64,000 bases of DNA, from the NCBI GenBank assembly GCA_002633005.1, contig NMRA01000046.1, forward strand, positions 870,144-934,143. The letters are read 5' to 3'. The notes under the pieces were generated by a model that saw only the letters and a list, made by a program, of their open reading frames with translations, was not told where the DNA came from and made no database searches. Position 1 is the stretch's first letter. The number at the start of each line of letters is the position of its first letter. Positions 1-12,860 of this stretch are shown one piece after another. The position numbers and the translations under genes are program-made. This DNA comes from Phoronis australis. Lineage: Eukaryota > Animalia > Phoronida.

Positions 1-6
1 TTATAG

Positions 7-132
7 GGACTATATCAAACTTGACACAGAGGCTATTATCAGTGATTTCAATAGTTTAGTACCCATTTGTGCTGTAGGGGCAATAAACATGGAAATTACA
101 CCTGGTCTGCCAATGGAACTTAATGCCATCAG
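7..132 (+). CDS. Candidate internal coding exon of an unidentified upstream gene (DYIKLDTEAIISDFNSLVPICAVGAINMEITPGLPMELNAI)
   Basis: ttatag| acceptor, 126-nt stop-free symmetric phase-2/2 exon, AG|gtaatg donor. No homology recognised. Confidence 0.35.
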
Positions 133-454
133 GTAATGTGTATAGGCTTGAAATCGCATGTTACAGGCCAAACAAAGGTTTGCTGTTTTCTCAGGAATTT
201 CCACTGGCCCGAAATTGCGACGAGGTTTTTCGAGTCGGCCTATCATGACCAAAACGCGATATGAGTTAAGATTAGTGCATGGTGGTAATGTGAGAGGTCG
301 CAGGTTCAAAAGATTCAGCAACTGCCGTGGCGTGATTTTTCACTTTACTATAGTGATTCCCAACAATCATCATTCCCATAATGGTAAGGAGATAGCATAG
401 CCTCCAAAGCTGGATGAGGAGGTAATAACTAATAGCATTAAACTGCATTGCATT

Positions 455-2800
455 CGGGCAAATCACAATCAAGGTCCATATTCGGTCGCCACTTTTGGTG
501 AAAAATGAAGGTTGTCATATAACTGTAAAAGCTGGGTTATTATAAAGTACCATCATTCCAGGTTTGTAATCTAAAATATTTTTGCACAAGAACCATCGAA
601 TAAAATTTTATGGCCTAATGCATCACATCTGTATAAAAGGGTACATACGCTACAACTTGTGGTCACAGCCCACTTCTATAATGCAAAAATTCATACAAGG
701 TTAATTTAATAAGTTCTTGGTCAAATTGAAGAAGTATCACACGCTAAAGTAAGAAAAGTTGTTACCGTGCTGATAAGTTGTTCTAGATGACCATTACATT
801 GCTTATCTTAACACAGAATAATGAGAACTTCTCTTGCAATATGATTCTTACAAAAAGAAAATGACAAGTAACTACTTTTTCAAAAACTTTATTGGTGCTA
901 TTTGCCTAGTTTTCAATACATTCACCAGTGGGTCAAAATAGTTAAAGCAATGCTAGGCCCAGTGTTCAACTTGTAAACAGTAATAAATGGTACTGGTTGG
1001 GGGGTACGTACACTACGCACAGTTAATCAACGTCAAATTTTGACTAAGTTACAAATATATGGAATGGTCTCAAGTTTTGTGCTGCCTCTACTTGTTGGTT
1101 TGATGCAAGTTGAAGTTGTCTTGAGAGATAGAGAACCTGCCTATGCAACATCAGTTGTCACATGACGTGTCTTCTAGGATTTTCAGTACTAGCCAAGTCC
1201 TGTGTGGCATTTTATTGTCCCCAAATTTGATAATGTCCATTGTTTTTTTGTCAGACTGTATTTATTTTGGAAATATCGGTATTGTTCATGAGAACAGCAG
1301 TATGTAAAAATTCTTGTGGGCAATACTTTATAGCACAGAGGTTGAAGACCTGTATGTACACTACACAGTGGTACGTACACTACATTTCAATGACTTTTCA
1401 GGTTGATAAAAAATAATAAAAATCTACTGAGAGTTCATTTACCAATATTCAAAGAGAACAAATAAAAAGTACAGCAAGCAGTCATGTGCATATCTGTCTG
1501 TCATTCTTTGAAAACAGGCACATGTTAAAATGTAGGGGTACGTACACTACACAAATGCTAATATTTCACTCAAAACAATTTTTAACTAACACCCTTTTAA
1601 CCTAGCATTTTAATTGAAGAAGCTGTCTGTGACAAGTGTTGCTTACTTAACATGTAATATTTTTTGTTTCATGGTATTTATTCACATGGGGGTACATACA
1701 CTACACAGGGGTACGTACACTACATTTCAATGACATGTCAGGTTTGTAACTAAATACTAAGAATCTACTGAGAGTTAGTTGATTTACTAAATCAATTCAA
1801 AGAGAAAAAATAAAAAGCATATTAATGTGCATATCTGTCAGGCACAATTTAAAATATGGGTGTACGTACACTACACAAATGGTAATATTTCAGTCAAAAC
1901 AAATGTATTGGCAATAAACATTCTTTTAACCTAACATTTTTAAGGAAGAAAACAGTCTTTGACCAATGTTGCTCACTTACCAAGTGACATTTTAATTTCA
2001 TGGCATTTGTAAACATGGGGGTACATACACTACAAAAGGGGGTGCCTACACTACATCACGCATCACATGGTAACATAATGTTGTATGGCCATTTATTTTT
2101 CTTTGGTGATAATAAACACCATGTTTTATTTAAAAGGCAATAATTTCATTTGCAAGGACCATTTGTGTTACTGAATTCCACATGGGGGTACGTACACTAC
2201 ATTTTGTTAGTCTTTTTGGCCCATTTTCAACACAGCAGAACCCATTCAATATCCAAACTTTTGTTTGTTTAGATATTGAATAATTTGCAGTGTTGCCTAG
2301 GCTGACATATTTTGCAGTTCTTTTCGTTACAGAGTGAGAACTTTAATTTTTAACCTTCTTTACAGTAGGTGAGGGTTAGAAACACAGAATTTACAAATTT
2401 CGTAACGAGTGCCTGTTTTATGATGAACCGTACCATTTCTCGATGATTAAGCACAACTTCATCTAATTGACTCCGAAAGTGACTCAAGTTATTCCCAGTC
2501 ATATCTAAACAATTGCTTGCTTGATAAAATAAATTTCTTTTCTACTTGTGACAGTTGAAAATTGTTACCGTATTTTTAAAGTGGCCACTCATAACGCTAA
2601 AAATGGATGAAATTCATAGACAAAAACATGTATTGACTTTCTCAGACATTGTCCGATTTTGACGATTCTTTTTTTAATTTGCACAACTGATTAACTCTGC
2701 ATATGAGATTCAGTTGGCATTTGGTAAGTGACCAAAGAAATTTATTTTAGACCTCAACACTGTCAACTGTTAAATATGGACCTTGATTGTGATTTAGCCG
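455..2800 (-). mobile_element. Non-autonomous TIR DNA element (~2.3 kb), copy A
   Basis: ~28-bp TIRs CGGGCAAATCACAATCAAGGTCCATATT / AATATGGACCTTGATTGTGATTTAGCCG, 3-bp flanking duplication ATT, inverted homologue of 5773..9071 and 52343..54414. Confidence 0.9.
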
Positions 2801-2879
2801 ATTTCCCACCAGCATCTATGAATGATTCTTAACAGTTGGGAATTGCAGTTTATCCACTTATTGCATAAATGGCAGGACT

Positions 2880-3028
2880 CAGGGTTGGATCCAGGATTTT
2901 GAGTTGAGGGGGGCACGTATTAGCCAGGATTTTGCTTGTCAGATGTTTGCACCCCCAACCTGCCAAATGGATCTAGGAGAATTTTAGGAGGGCCATTGCC
3001 CCTTGGCCCCCCTCTAAATCCGCCACTG
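2880..3028. mobile_element. Short CAG...CTG MITE with 5-bp TSD (hAT5-like)
   Basis: Termini CAGGGTTGGATCCAG / CTAAATCCGCCACTG, with GGACT directly repeated on both sides. Confidence 0.75.
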
Positions 3029-4609
3029 GGACTTTTATGATGGCCTTCATTTTTTCAGAATAACAAAGACACTTTCCCCATTTTAGACACTCAGCAGACT
3101 ATAAAAACTAAATCCATCATTGAATATTGAACTTTTGCATTTTTGAATGGCAAAAATCTGAAAACCACAATAGAAAAAATAATACCCATTGCAACTATTG
3201 ATTCTTTGTTGATATGTGCTAACCTCATGTCTGGGGTGACTTAACATCACCTATCTAAATGATCTTAATTCCCCCAAAGATGCAGGGAAATTGGAATTGG
3301 GAGAGTGGTGTCGTGAAAAGAAAAAGAAAGATGATGGTTAGAGAAATGAACCACTGAAACATCATATCAGTTGTACAGCTGGTGTAAACATACACTCACT
3401 GGTCCTATGGTTTGGGCAACTCAACCAGTATTTTTCAGCTTGAGGAGATGTTATTGTTCTCTGACTTAAACTTGGGTAATGAGGCATGAAATTGCCCACA
3501 ATATCATTTATAAAATTTCGTTTTGAAATAGCATATTTGAATAGTTCATGGAAAGTACAAGTGGCTAGGTTTTTGAATTTTGAAAACTATTAACAGTCAC
3601 AGGAAATGTGATTTCATGCCATTTCCTATTTTTTTGCGACATCTCTCAAGAGCTAGCTATAGCAGCTTTGCAGTAGCTATGTTCTGAATTTCAGTTTGCT
3701 GGTATTAGAATACTAAAATCTTGTACCAAATGAAACCAGTTCCAACAATTTATTGTGGCATGCATGCGCGCAATCTCGTGGAAGAATAACAGTTAATGGA
3801 TAATCCGCGAAAAAAGACATTGGCGAATTGGTGACGCATAGTATATTCCATATGGCACCGAAAGTCGACAGTACACAACGTTAGCAGAGGATTAATGACA
3901 GAACACCAACTTTGAAAACACTGTCAGCAAATAATTTAATAATGTTAAATCCTTGTGAGAGACCTGGAATTGTCAATGGGGTAACTCCAGACGGTGGGAT
4001 CAACAGAAAACCCCAGATCTATTTGGCCGATTATGCATTTCATTCAGTGCCCATGAAGCCGATGGTTTGGTGATAAGAGCTGCCTGAAGAAACATGACTT
4101 GCATTATCTCGATTTACAAGTATAACTGGACAAAGTGGCCTTTCCAAATTAGTGTTGATAAGCCAGTGGAACGTGAGACCCTAAGGTCCCAGTCAAGTCC
4201 TCACAACACAATTCCACATTAATGGTTTACTCAGTCAAAGTCAAATGTCACTAATTAGTGTCAGATTTCGTGAAGTCATTTTTTATCCACACTGACGAAG
4301 TAGTGCATAGTGTAACTTTGCACCAAAACAAGACTAACAAACGGCCAGTTAGAGACTGCACAAACTTATATATTATGATTATTATGAAACTGAAAGTTGC
4401 AGAAAAGTGACCACATACGTACTCGACCAACCAAACTACGTACAACAGTAATTTGTTCACAGACTGATCTTACCCCAATTCGATAGGAAACATAGCACAA
4501 TCAGTACACTCAAACTTGTAAACATTCTTGTAAAGTTGAATTTTCCTTAATCACAAACCCACAGTAGGGCAAACAAAAATAGTCAAGAGACCGGTGGCAA
4601 AAATCATGT

Positions 4610-4665
4610 GAGTGATGTCACGTGACGGACCAAAGCATACTAGTTTTGTGCCCTCTTGTGGCAAC
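4610..4665. promoter_or_regulatory. Putative promoter elements of the PH-PTB-DD gene
   Basis: Palindromic E-box GTCACGTGAC (4617-4626) and CTCF-like GTGCCCTCTTGTGGC (4648-4662), 80-130 bp upstream of ATG 4745. Confidence 0.4.
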
Positions 4666-4744
4666 CACAGTAGACCTACTTTCAGGTCAACGATGAGTCC
4701 ATCATCAAACGATTCTACGAAAAGGCTCGGTGAAGTGACGTAAT

Positions 4745-4831
4745 ATGTCTGGTACCACTAAACAACACGTTATTCAAAAGAATTTCTTATATTACATTCA
4801 AGATGATGGAAAGCGAAGTGAAAGACGTCAG
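4745..4831 (+). CDS. PH-PTB-death domain adaptor (Dok/IRS-like), exon 1 (MSGTTKQHVIQKNFLYYIQDDGKRSERRQ), start of PH domain
   Basis: ATG, CAG|gtgaga phase-0 donor. VIQKNFLYY resembles PH strand 1. Phase fits exon 2. Confidence 0.7.
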
Positions 4832-5772
4832 GTGAGATATTTGTCATTTTCACTAGCGTACGGCTTGCAAGCTCTCGTTATCACACAGGCGTCCTCAGCT
4901 TCTGATCGTCCCCAATACACTCATATATGTGTGTGTGTGTGTGTAATACACTACAAGGTATGACACTCCCGACCAGAAATTCCACGGGTGCTTCACTTCA
5001 GCCGTCCAGGAATTAAGATTCATTATTATCACCAGCGTTAAATTTCTTGTTTAGTTGATCAGAATAGGATAGAGATTGTACTTCCTCAAACAATCAATTT
5101 CATTGTCATTCTTATTTATAATTTACACAGAAAATAGGAGCCCAGTTATATCATAGACTATAGATATTAGGAGTATCTATGGTTGTATGCAATCGGCTGA
5201 CCAAAATTGTGTCATTTGATTCTTATCTAATCTTTAGTAGGTCTGAGTCTCTGACTATGATTGGCTACATCCCCCAGACTGTCTGAGTGACTGAGATAAA
5301 TGGTAAAGAGCAAACATAGCTAGCCTATGTGGCCATGACATATGATCTAGGTCAGGTCATTGCTAACATATGTTTTAAACCAGAATATTAATCAAGTTAG
5401 TGATATATGGCACTATGTAGGGTGGAATACACAAAATGCTACATATACAAATGTGTGCCATTTGAATAATGCAATGGGGGGTTATTTCGATCGAGTTCCG
5501 TTTGGGCTGGTGTGTCTTATGCCAAACAGTTGGACATCACCTGTGAGTTCTAATACATAAGATACTGTTGAAAGAGGGAGTTATAGTTGCGTAACTTTGA
5601 AAAGTTTAATCTGTGTAAGGCATTATTTCACTGAAAAGCTTCTAGCACATGGGCAATTCCGTGAAAAGGTCCACATCAAGACAAAAAAATTAAAATTGTT
5701 GCTATAATAACATTTCTGGTCTCATATGAAAGCCCATTCTCTCTAGTTTCAGAGCCCATATTTGATTGTTCT

Positions 5773-8700
5773 CGGCTAAATCATAATGAAGGTCCATATT
5801 TGAGAGTTGCAAAATATGTTAGCCTAGGCAACACTGCAAATTATCCAATATCTAAACTAACCAAAAGTTTGGACATTGACTAGGTTCTGCTATGTTGAAA
5901 GTGGGCCAAAAAGGCTAAAAATGTAGTGTACGTACCCCCTTGTAGAATTCAGTTACACAAATGGTCATTTCAAATGAAATTATAGCCTTTTAAATACATG
6001 GTGCTTATTATCATCAAAGAAAACGTGAAATAAATGGCTATACAACATTATGCTACCATGTGATGCAGAAACAGTGATGTAGTGTAGGCACCCCCTTTTG
6101 TAGTGTACGTACCCCCATGTTTACAAATGCCATGAAATTTAAATATCACTTGGTAAGTGAGCAACACTGGTCGTAGACAGTTTCCTTCCTCAGAAATATT
6201 AGGTTAAAAGGGCGTTCATTGCAAATACATTTGTTTTGAGTGAAATATTAGAATTTGTGTAGTGTACGTACCCCTATATTTTAATTTGTACCTATTTTCA
6301 AAGTATGGCAGATATGCAACTCAATGCTGTGCTTTTTATTTTTTCTCTTTGAATTGATTTAGTAAATCAACTAACTCTCATTAGATTCTTAGTATTTAGT
6401 TACAAACCTGACATGTCATTGAAATGCAGTGTATGTGTAGTGTACGTAGCCTGAGGCGAACAGATGCAACAAAGATGTAAAACAAAAATATTACACGGTA
6501 AGTAAGCAACATTGTCACTGACAGCTTGCTTCATTAAAAATGCTAGGTTAAAAGTATGTTAATTACAAATACATTATTTGTTTTGAGTGAAACATTTAGC
6601 ATTTGTGTAGTGTACGTACCCCTATATTTTAATATGTGCCTGTTTTCAAAGAATGACAGACAGACATACACACTTGTATGCTGTACTTTTTATTTGTTCT
6701 CTTTGAATATATTTGGTAAATGAACTAACTCTCAGTAGATTTAAGCAGGGCTCAACACTAACGGTTGCCCGATTGCCCGTGTACATGTAGATTTTGCGTC
6801 GGGCAAGTGGAATTTGAAAAGTACTTGCCCGATGGGCAAGTTAAAAAGCTAGCTGCATAGGCAAGTAGATCCTAAGATTGTCTGCTCGACATTTGCTCCA
6901 AAGTAACGAACCCCGACACAAGCCTAAAAACCGTCAAAAAAGCCTCGGAGGCCGTCAAAGAAACTCCCGTCTTCGAATGAGCACCGAAAGGAAAATAGAA
7001 CGAGTGTGATGCAACGTGCACAGATGACGCTCGCAGTCAAATCCTTTCGATTCTCTGAACGTGCCTGCAGTTTCTGAATAAGTTGTCACGTGATACTACT
7101 GATCGTCTGCACTCTGGCAAAACATCTAAACATGGAAGCCGTCCAGACCTGTACGGCATTGGTTTAGTTGCTAAAAAACAAGTTAAGGAAGAATCAAAGC
7201 AATAATATGAAACGAAAAGTGCGGGGATGGGTTCCGTCATGGGAAATTAGGTTTTCTGGCCTGCGAGACAGTGAACAAGGGATGACGTTTGATTTTTGCC
7301 GGCGTTTACCTATGTACAGCTGGAAGCACCGCGTTCTTCAGCGGATGTAAGTCATGCAGATAAGCGCAAAAACTAAATAGTGAATGATTGACGACATATT
7401 TTCTACACTACACAGCAGTTTAAAAGGCCTGGTATTTATTCAGGGGGAATTCCAAAGGACATTCTTATGAATTCCCGGCTCCCGGATGCGAGTCCCGAAA
7501 GAAGAGGAATACGGTCTTTGGGATTGCCGCTCTGAAGTCTGACTTTTTGCGGTTTATCTATTTTTCAAAAATGTAATTATTTATTGAAAATAAAAGTATA
7601 TGTGGCATTATTATATGTTAAAATTTGATTTTAATTTATATAAGTATATGTGGCATTATTATATGTTAAATTTTGATTTTAATCTAATACAAGCTACCGA
7701 TGACCAAAACTGTGCAAGATTTTTACGGATAGCTAAAAATGAAATTCAGGTTAGCAACAACTCAAGTTTAATGCATGAGGGCGTATAAACTAATGAATAC
7801 ACAGAAGTGTCCAGAGTTCATGCCCTAGCTCATTTCGGCACCTGTGAACGTGTGACAGTGGTTCAGATGCCATAGTTACTCTTCTAATTTGTCTCTCTAG
7901 TGTTTTGACACACCTTATAAATAAATGTTCTATACGAAGAATCGTTAAAAAATAGCAACTCATGTATATAGCGTGCACAACACAAGAGGAGGTTCAGCGC
8001 AGGCAGCCCTACGGTAACACATTACCGAGGTGTGCACATGCACGGTGCTATTTGGGATTGTACTTGGGGCAAGTAAAAATTTCAACTACTTGCCCAAAGA
8101 GCAAGTGGCTTGAAAAGTTAATGTTGAGCCCTGTTAAGTATTTTTTTATAAACTTGACAAGTCATTGAAATGTAGTGTACGTAACCCTGTGTAGTGTACG
8201 TACCTTCAACCTTTGTGCTATAAAGTATTGCCCACAAGTATTTTTACATACTGCTGTTCTCATGAACAATACCAAAATGCATCCAGTATGACAAAAAAAG
8301 ATGGACAATATCAAATTTGTGGACAATAAAATGCCACACAGGACTTGGCTAGTACTGAAAATCCTAGAAGACATGTCATGTGACAACTGATATTGCAGTT
8401 CACTATCTTTCAAGACAACTTGCAACAAACCAGCAAGTAGAGGCAGCACAAAACTCGAGACCATCCCATACATTTGTAACTTAGTCAAAATTTGATATTG
8501 GTTGACTGTGTGTAGTGTACGTACCCCCCAACCAGTACCATTTTTTACTGTTTAGAAGTTGAGCACTGGGCCTAGCATTGCTTTAACTATTTTGACCAAC
8601 TGGTGAATGTATTGAAAACTAGGCAAATAGCACAAATAAAGTTTTTGAAAAAGTAGTTACTTTTCATTTTCTTTTTGTAAGAATCATATTGCAAGAGAAG

Positions 8701-9071
8701 AAGTTCTCATAGATAAGCAATGTAATGGTCATCTAGAACAACTTGATCAGCATGGTAACAACTTTTCTTACTGTAGCGTGTGATACTTCTTCAATTTGAT
8801 CAAGAACTTATTAAATTAACAGCTACCTTATATGAATTTTTGCATGATAGAAGTGGGCTGTGACCACAAGTTGTAGTGTAGGTACCCTTTTATACAGATG
8901 TGATGCATTAGGCCATAAAATTTTATTCGGTGGTTCTTGTGCAAAAATATTTTAGATTACAAACCTGGAATGATGATACTTTATAGTAACCCAGCTTTTA
9001 CAGTTATATGACAACCTTCATTTTTCACCAAAAGTGACCACCGAATATGGACCTTGATTGTGATTTGCTCG
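5773..9071 (+). mobile_element. Non-autonomous TIR DNA element, copy B (contains nested 6746..8133)
   Basis: TIRs CGGCTAAATCATAATGAAGGTCCATATT / AATATGGACCTTGATTGTGATTTGCTCG, repeated TGTAGTGTACGTACCCC motifs. Confidence 0.9.
6746..8133 (+). mobile_element. hAT-like (hAT5-type) non-autonomous element, 1.39 kb
   Basis: TIR CAGGGCTCAACACTAAC / GTTAATGTTGAGCCCTG, TSD TTAAG, subterminal TTGCCC repeats. 7208-7350 reads like a hAT transposase N-terminal remnant (KRKVRGWVPSWEIRFSGLRDSEQGMTFDFC). Confidence 0.85.
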
Positions 9072-9920
9072 CCAGGTATAACTTTTAATTTTTGCCGAAA
9101 TGGACCCGTTTTTGGAGGTCACTTGACCCTAAATAATTACCTTAATTTTCATGTGTGTTGCTGGTTATGGGTATTTCACTATACTATCAAATTTGTGCAA
9201 TGACATGAGCCCCAAACTTAATAAAAATAACCACTTGGGGTCAAAGGTCAACTCTTGGATATCATGCTGCCGTACGTCCGTCACAAAAAAGTGTTACGTT
9301 AAAAGTGTTCAATCAAAATTAAAATAATTTCAGATTTTATTTTTACTTGTTACTCAATATTATTGACCAAAATTCTAGATCCCAGGGATTATTCGTTAAG
9401 TCAGAAATTGCGTGACTGACGTACAGCGAATTTGTATGTCCATCACGTACGTTCGTCACATCCATGAAATTACAATTTTTCAGCCAATAAAAATAACCTT
9501 AGATCATGTTTTTACTTTCTAAACTTGCAAAAGATAAAATGTATCTCACACCTGAGAACCTCAAAACCATAAAATATTTCACTAAAAGGCAGCTTTGAAA
9601 TTATGCGAAGAAGTTGCTACAGATTTAAACTAAATGCATTGGACTTTTTCAGTTTCAAAAGCATTTGCAGAAAAGTTATAGTTTACAATGTCACATAGTT
9701 ATTTTTAGTAGAATTCAATTTATTAAAATCAGACAGTCGGACCACATTATCAAATGTAAATAAAACAAAAAGTTAATTTAATGAACTATATTTTTCTGTT
9801 TGTACCCCGTTTGCAAAGAAATGCTTAGATTTAGGTAAAATTCAAGATGCAAAAATATTCATGCCAAAGAATTCTCAAGGTGTTATAGAATACAAATAAC
9901 AAGAGACCTAAAGGAATACA

Positions 9921-10525
9921 TTCTCGAAGGAAAACGACTTGGAAAATGCAAGCATACGATGTGACAAACTCATTCACGATAAGCAATCTTATATGGACAA
10001 CAATGACAGCAAGAGAGTGTTTGAATGCTACAGATAGGATGGAGGCCAAGACCCACTTGTGTATACAAACGGCATATCCTTGATGAGCTGGAACGCACAT
10101 GGTCTTGCGAAAAAGATTGGACAATCTGAGGTTCTTGAATTTATATCTAGGTATCATGTAGTAGCAGTCAGTGAAACATGGGCAAATAAACCAAACCAGT
10201 TTAGTGTACCAGGCTATGTAAATTTTGGTGTGCAAAACATAAAGAGAAGAAAATTTGGAAGAAACTCCGGAGGAGTGAGTGTATTTATCAAACATGAATT
10301 AGGAAAATATTTTAAACTTTTGAAGGTTAATCATGTTCACAGTGTAGTCTTAAAGGGCGACAAAAGGTTGTTTAAGACGGATGATGTTATTATTTGCTTT
10401 ATTTATGTAGCTCCAGAAGGTTCGCCTGTGTATGACGACTCCGCAGATAAAAATGGGGTAACCCTGGTTTGCCAAGAGTTGTTGAATTTGTCTCAGAAGT
10501 TTTGCGATAGTCATTTTGTTGTCAT
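9921..10525 (+). mobile_element. LINE fragment: ORF1 C-terminus and ORF2 AP-endonuclease N-terminus (RTE-X/L2-like)
   Basis: SWNAHGL, VAVSETW, SGGVSVFIK and FIYVAP endonuclease motifs. Cut at HFVVI, just before the expected GDFN motif, by the Gypsy LTR. Confidence 0.9.
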
Positions 10526-10628
10526 TGTAGTAATACTGACAAGACAAGATGGAGGATGAACTAGTTTCTATTATATCCAAAAGGGGTCACTCGCATACAG
10601 TAGTTTCTTAAGGGGAGACAACTATACA
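10526..10628 (-). repeat. Short (103-bp) 3' LTR of the Gypsy element
   Basis: TGTA...TACA termini, immediately preceded on the - strand by the polypurine tract GGGGGAAGG (10629-10637). Confidence 0.75.
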
Positions 10629-12860
10629 CCTTCCCCCGAGTTGATACAACAATCCACGAAAAGTTTATCAACTAAAGTTAACTATTGACTTATTTTAAAT
10701 GTCACAACAACTTAAAATGAACTTATAGTCCAACTACACAACTTCTGTACAGTCCGTTCACAAGTCCAACTTGCCGACCACGGGTTTCGGTACCCGGGCT
10801 GATCGTCTTAACACACTTCAGATGTTGGTGTTTGCGACACTTCTGGTGTTGGTAATGTCGGCGACTGGGCAACAGGTTTCTCGGCAGTTGTTCCAGAGTG
10901 CATGAGAAATGCTCGGTTTCTACGTATCTGAGTCCCATTATCTGTGAGAACTTGGTACGATCGAGGCGAGGACAATCGCTGCTGGATCTCCCCGAACTTG
11001 TTTTGATCACGAATCCACACATTGTCACCGGGGGAAAGAACCGGGAAGTTAACCGTTCTATGACGTTTGTCAAAGTTCAACTTGTTACACAATCTATCCT
11101 TCCTCTCTCATGTTTGTAAGGTTTTGTTAATTGTCAATGTTCACACGTTCTTGCAGAGCTTCCATAGTTGTTGGCAAAGTGGTCCGTAGACGTCTTGACA
11201 TCAAAAGCTGACTGGGTGCTAACCCGTTACGCAATGGTGTGGAACGGTAAGCCAGAAGTCCAAGAAATGGGTCTGCATTTTTTCTAAGAATGTTTTTGGC
11301 AGTTTGAACTGCTCTCTCGGCTTCGCCATTGGCCTGAGGGTATGATGGAGAGGAGGTAATGTGATCAAAATGATACTCTTGTGAGAAGAGACGAAAGGCT
11401 TCACATGCATACTGAGGTCCGTTATCGGACATTAAGGTATCTGGTATGCCATGAGTAGCAAATATACCTTTGATAGCCTCAATATCATGTTGGGCTGTTG
11501 TCTTAAGTAGACGTCTTATCTCGAACCAACGTGAGAAATAGTCTACGACGAGGACATAGTGAACGCCGTCAAGTTCAAAGAGGTCAGATGCAACCCGCTC
11601 CCAGGCACAGTCAGGAAAGGCCGAGGGTAGAAGGGGTTCTTTCTTTTCAACTCGATTTTGCGCACACGTGGGACACTGTTTGCACATGTTTTCTATCATT
11701 GAGCTAACTAGAGGCCACCACACGCTTTACATGGCTCGACCTCGACATTTTGTGATACCAAAGTGGCCTTGATGAATCTGGTCCAATACTTCCAATTGGA
11801 AGGACTAAGGTATGACGATTCGATCGTCATACATGAGCAGATCATCAGTTAAGGTTAAGTGATTGCGGTTGTCAAAGTAGGGTTTTAGTAAAGGTTGATC
11901 AGAAGGAAACGCAGGCCAACCATGTCTACAGAAGTCAATGACTTGCATGCAAACAGGATCTTCTGCTTGAGCATGTTTGATTTCGAGTAAGCGAGCCTGA
12001 GTGGCAGGGAGATGGCTCATGGTAAAACGCGCCTGGTCTTCGACCTCACTGATGAAGGTTTCATCTTCAGAGGTCAAAGAGTCCACAGTGACAATGAAGC
12101 AGCAATGATTTGACGCTTGCCTTGCACATAACAAACCGTAGGATTGTACCTCATGAGTCTGAGTCTAAAGCGTAGAATCCTTGGTGGAAGCTTAGAGAGA
12201 TCTTTAGAAGATAAAAGGGGAACCAAGGATGGTCCGATTCTAGAGTAAAGTCTAGACCAAGGATGTATGGTGCAAATTTCTCACAAGCCCAGGTTGAGGC
12301 CAGGGCCTCTTTCTCGATCACGGCGTATCGTTTCTCTGTGTCTGACAAGGCACGTGAGGCGAAGTATATAGGTCGTCGATGACCATCGTGTTCTTGCAAG
12401 AGAACGGCCCCAAGACCTGACTGTGACGCATCTGCCGCCACTATAGTCTTTCTCGTAGGTTCATAGTGAGCGAGAGTTGCAGAAGAGATAAGGAGCTCTT
12501 TGATATAAATCAAAGGAAGTCTGTTGAGGCTCCCCCCAGAACCATGACTGATCCTTGCGGAGGAGTTGACGTAAGGGCTTATTGACATCAGCTAATTGCG
12601 GCACAAATTTTGCCAACTGGTTAACCATACCCTGGAACCTTTGCAGGTCTGTTATAGTGGTAGGAGGTGGAAAGTCACGGATTGCATGAACTTTATCAGG
12701 ATCGGCCATGATGCCATCCTTGGTAATGGCATGACCCAAAAAGGTCATCCTACTTTTGGAGAACTCATATTTCTCTTTATTGAGTGTGATACCTGCTTCT
12801 TGTAAGTGACTTAGAGCTGCTCTGACACGATTGTCATGCTCCCTTTGAGTAGTGCCATGT
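10526..12860 (-). mobile_element. Ty3/Gypsy LTR retrotransposon remnant (RT end, RNase H, integrase), frameshifted and 5'-truncated
   Basis: FLGH...DPDKV, ADASQSGLGAVL, YAVIEKEALA, GHFGITKC, VASDLF / SDNGPQY / NGEAER (DDE), IRRNR. RT-RH-IN order, split over several ORFs. Confidence 0.95.

Larger units (their letters stand above)
5651..9920 (+). mobile_element. Non-autonomous DNA element fragment with GGGCAATTCC terminus (PIF/Harbinger-like), interrupted by 5773..9071
   Basis: 5651-5772 plus 9072-9920 is collinear with the uninterrupted copy at ~57236..58258. Confidence 0.7.

Noticed and set aside
5920-8890. CRISPR-like recurrence of TGTAGTGTACGTACCCC
   Set aside because: Spacing is irregular and long, the spacers are duplicates of each other, there are no cas genes, and the motifs lie in a eukaryotic TIR element.
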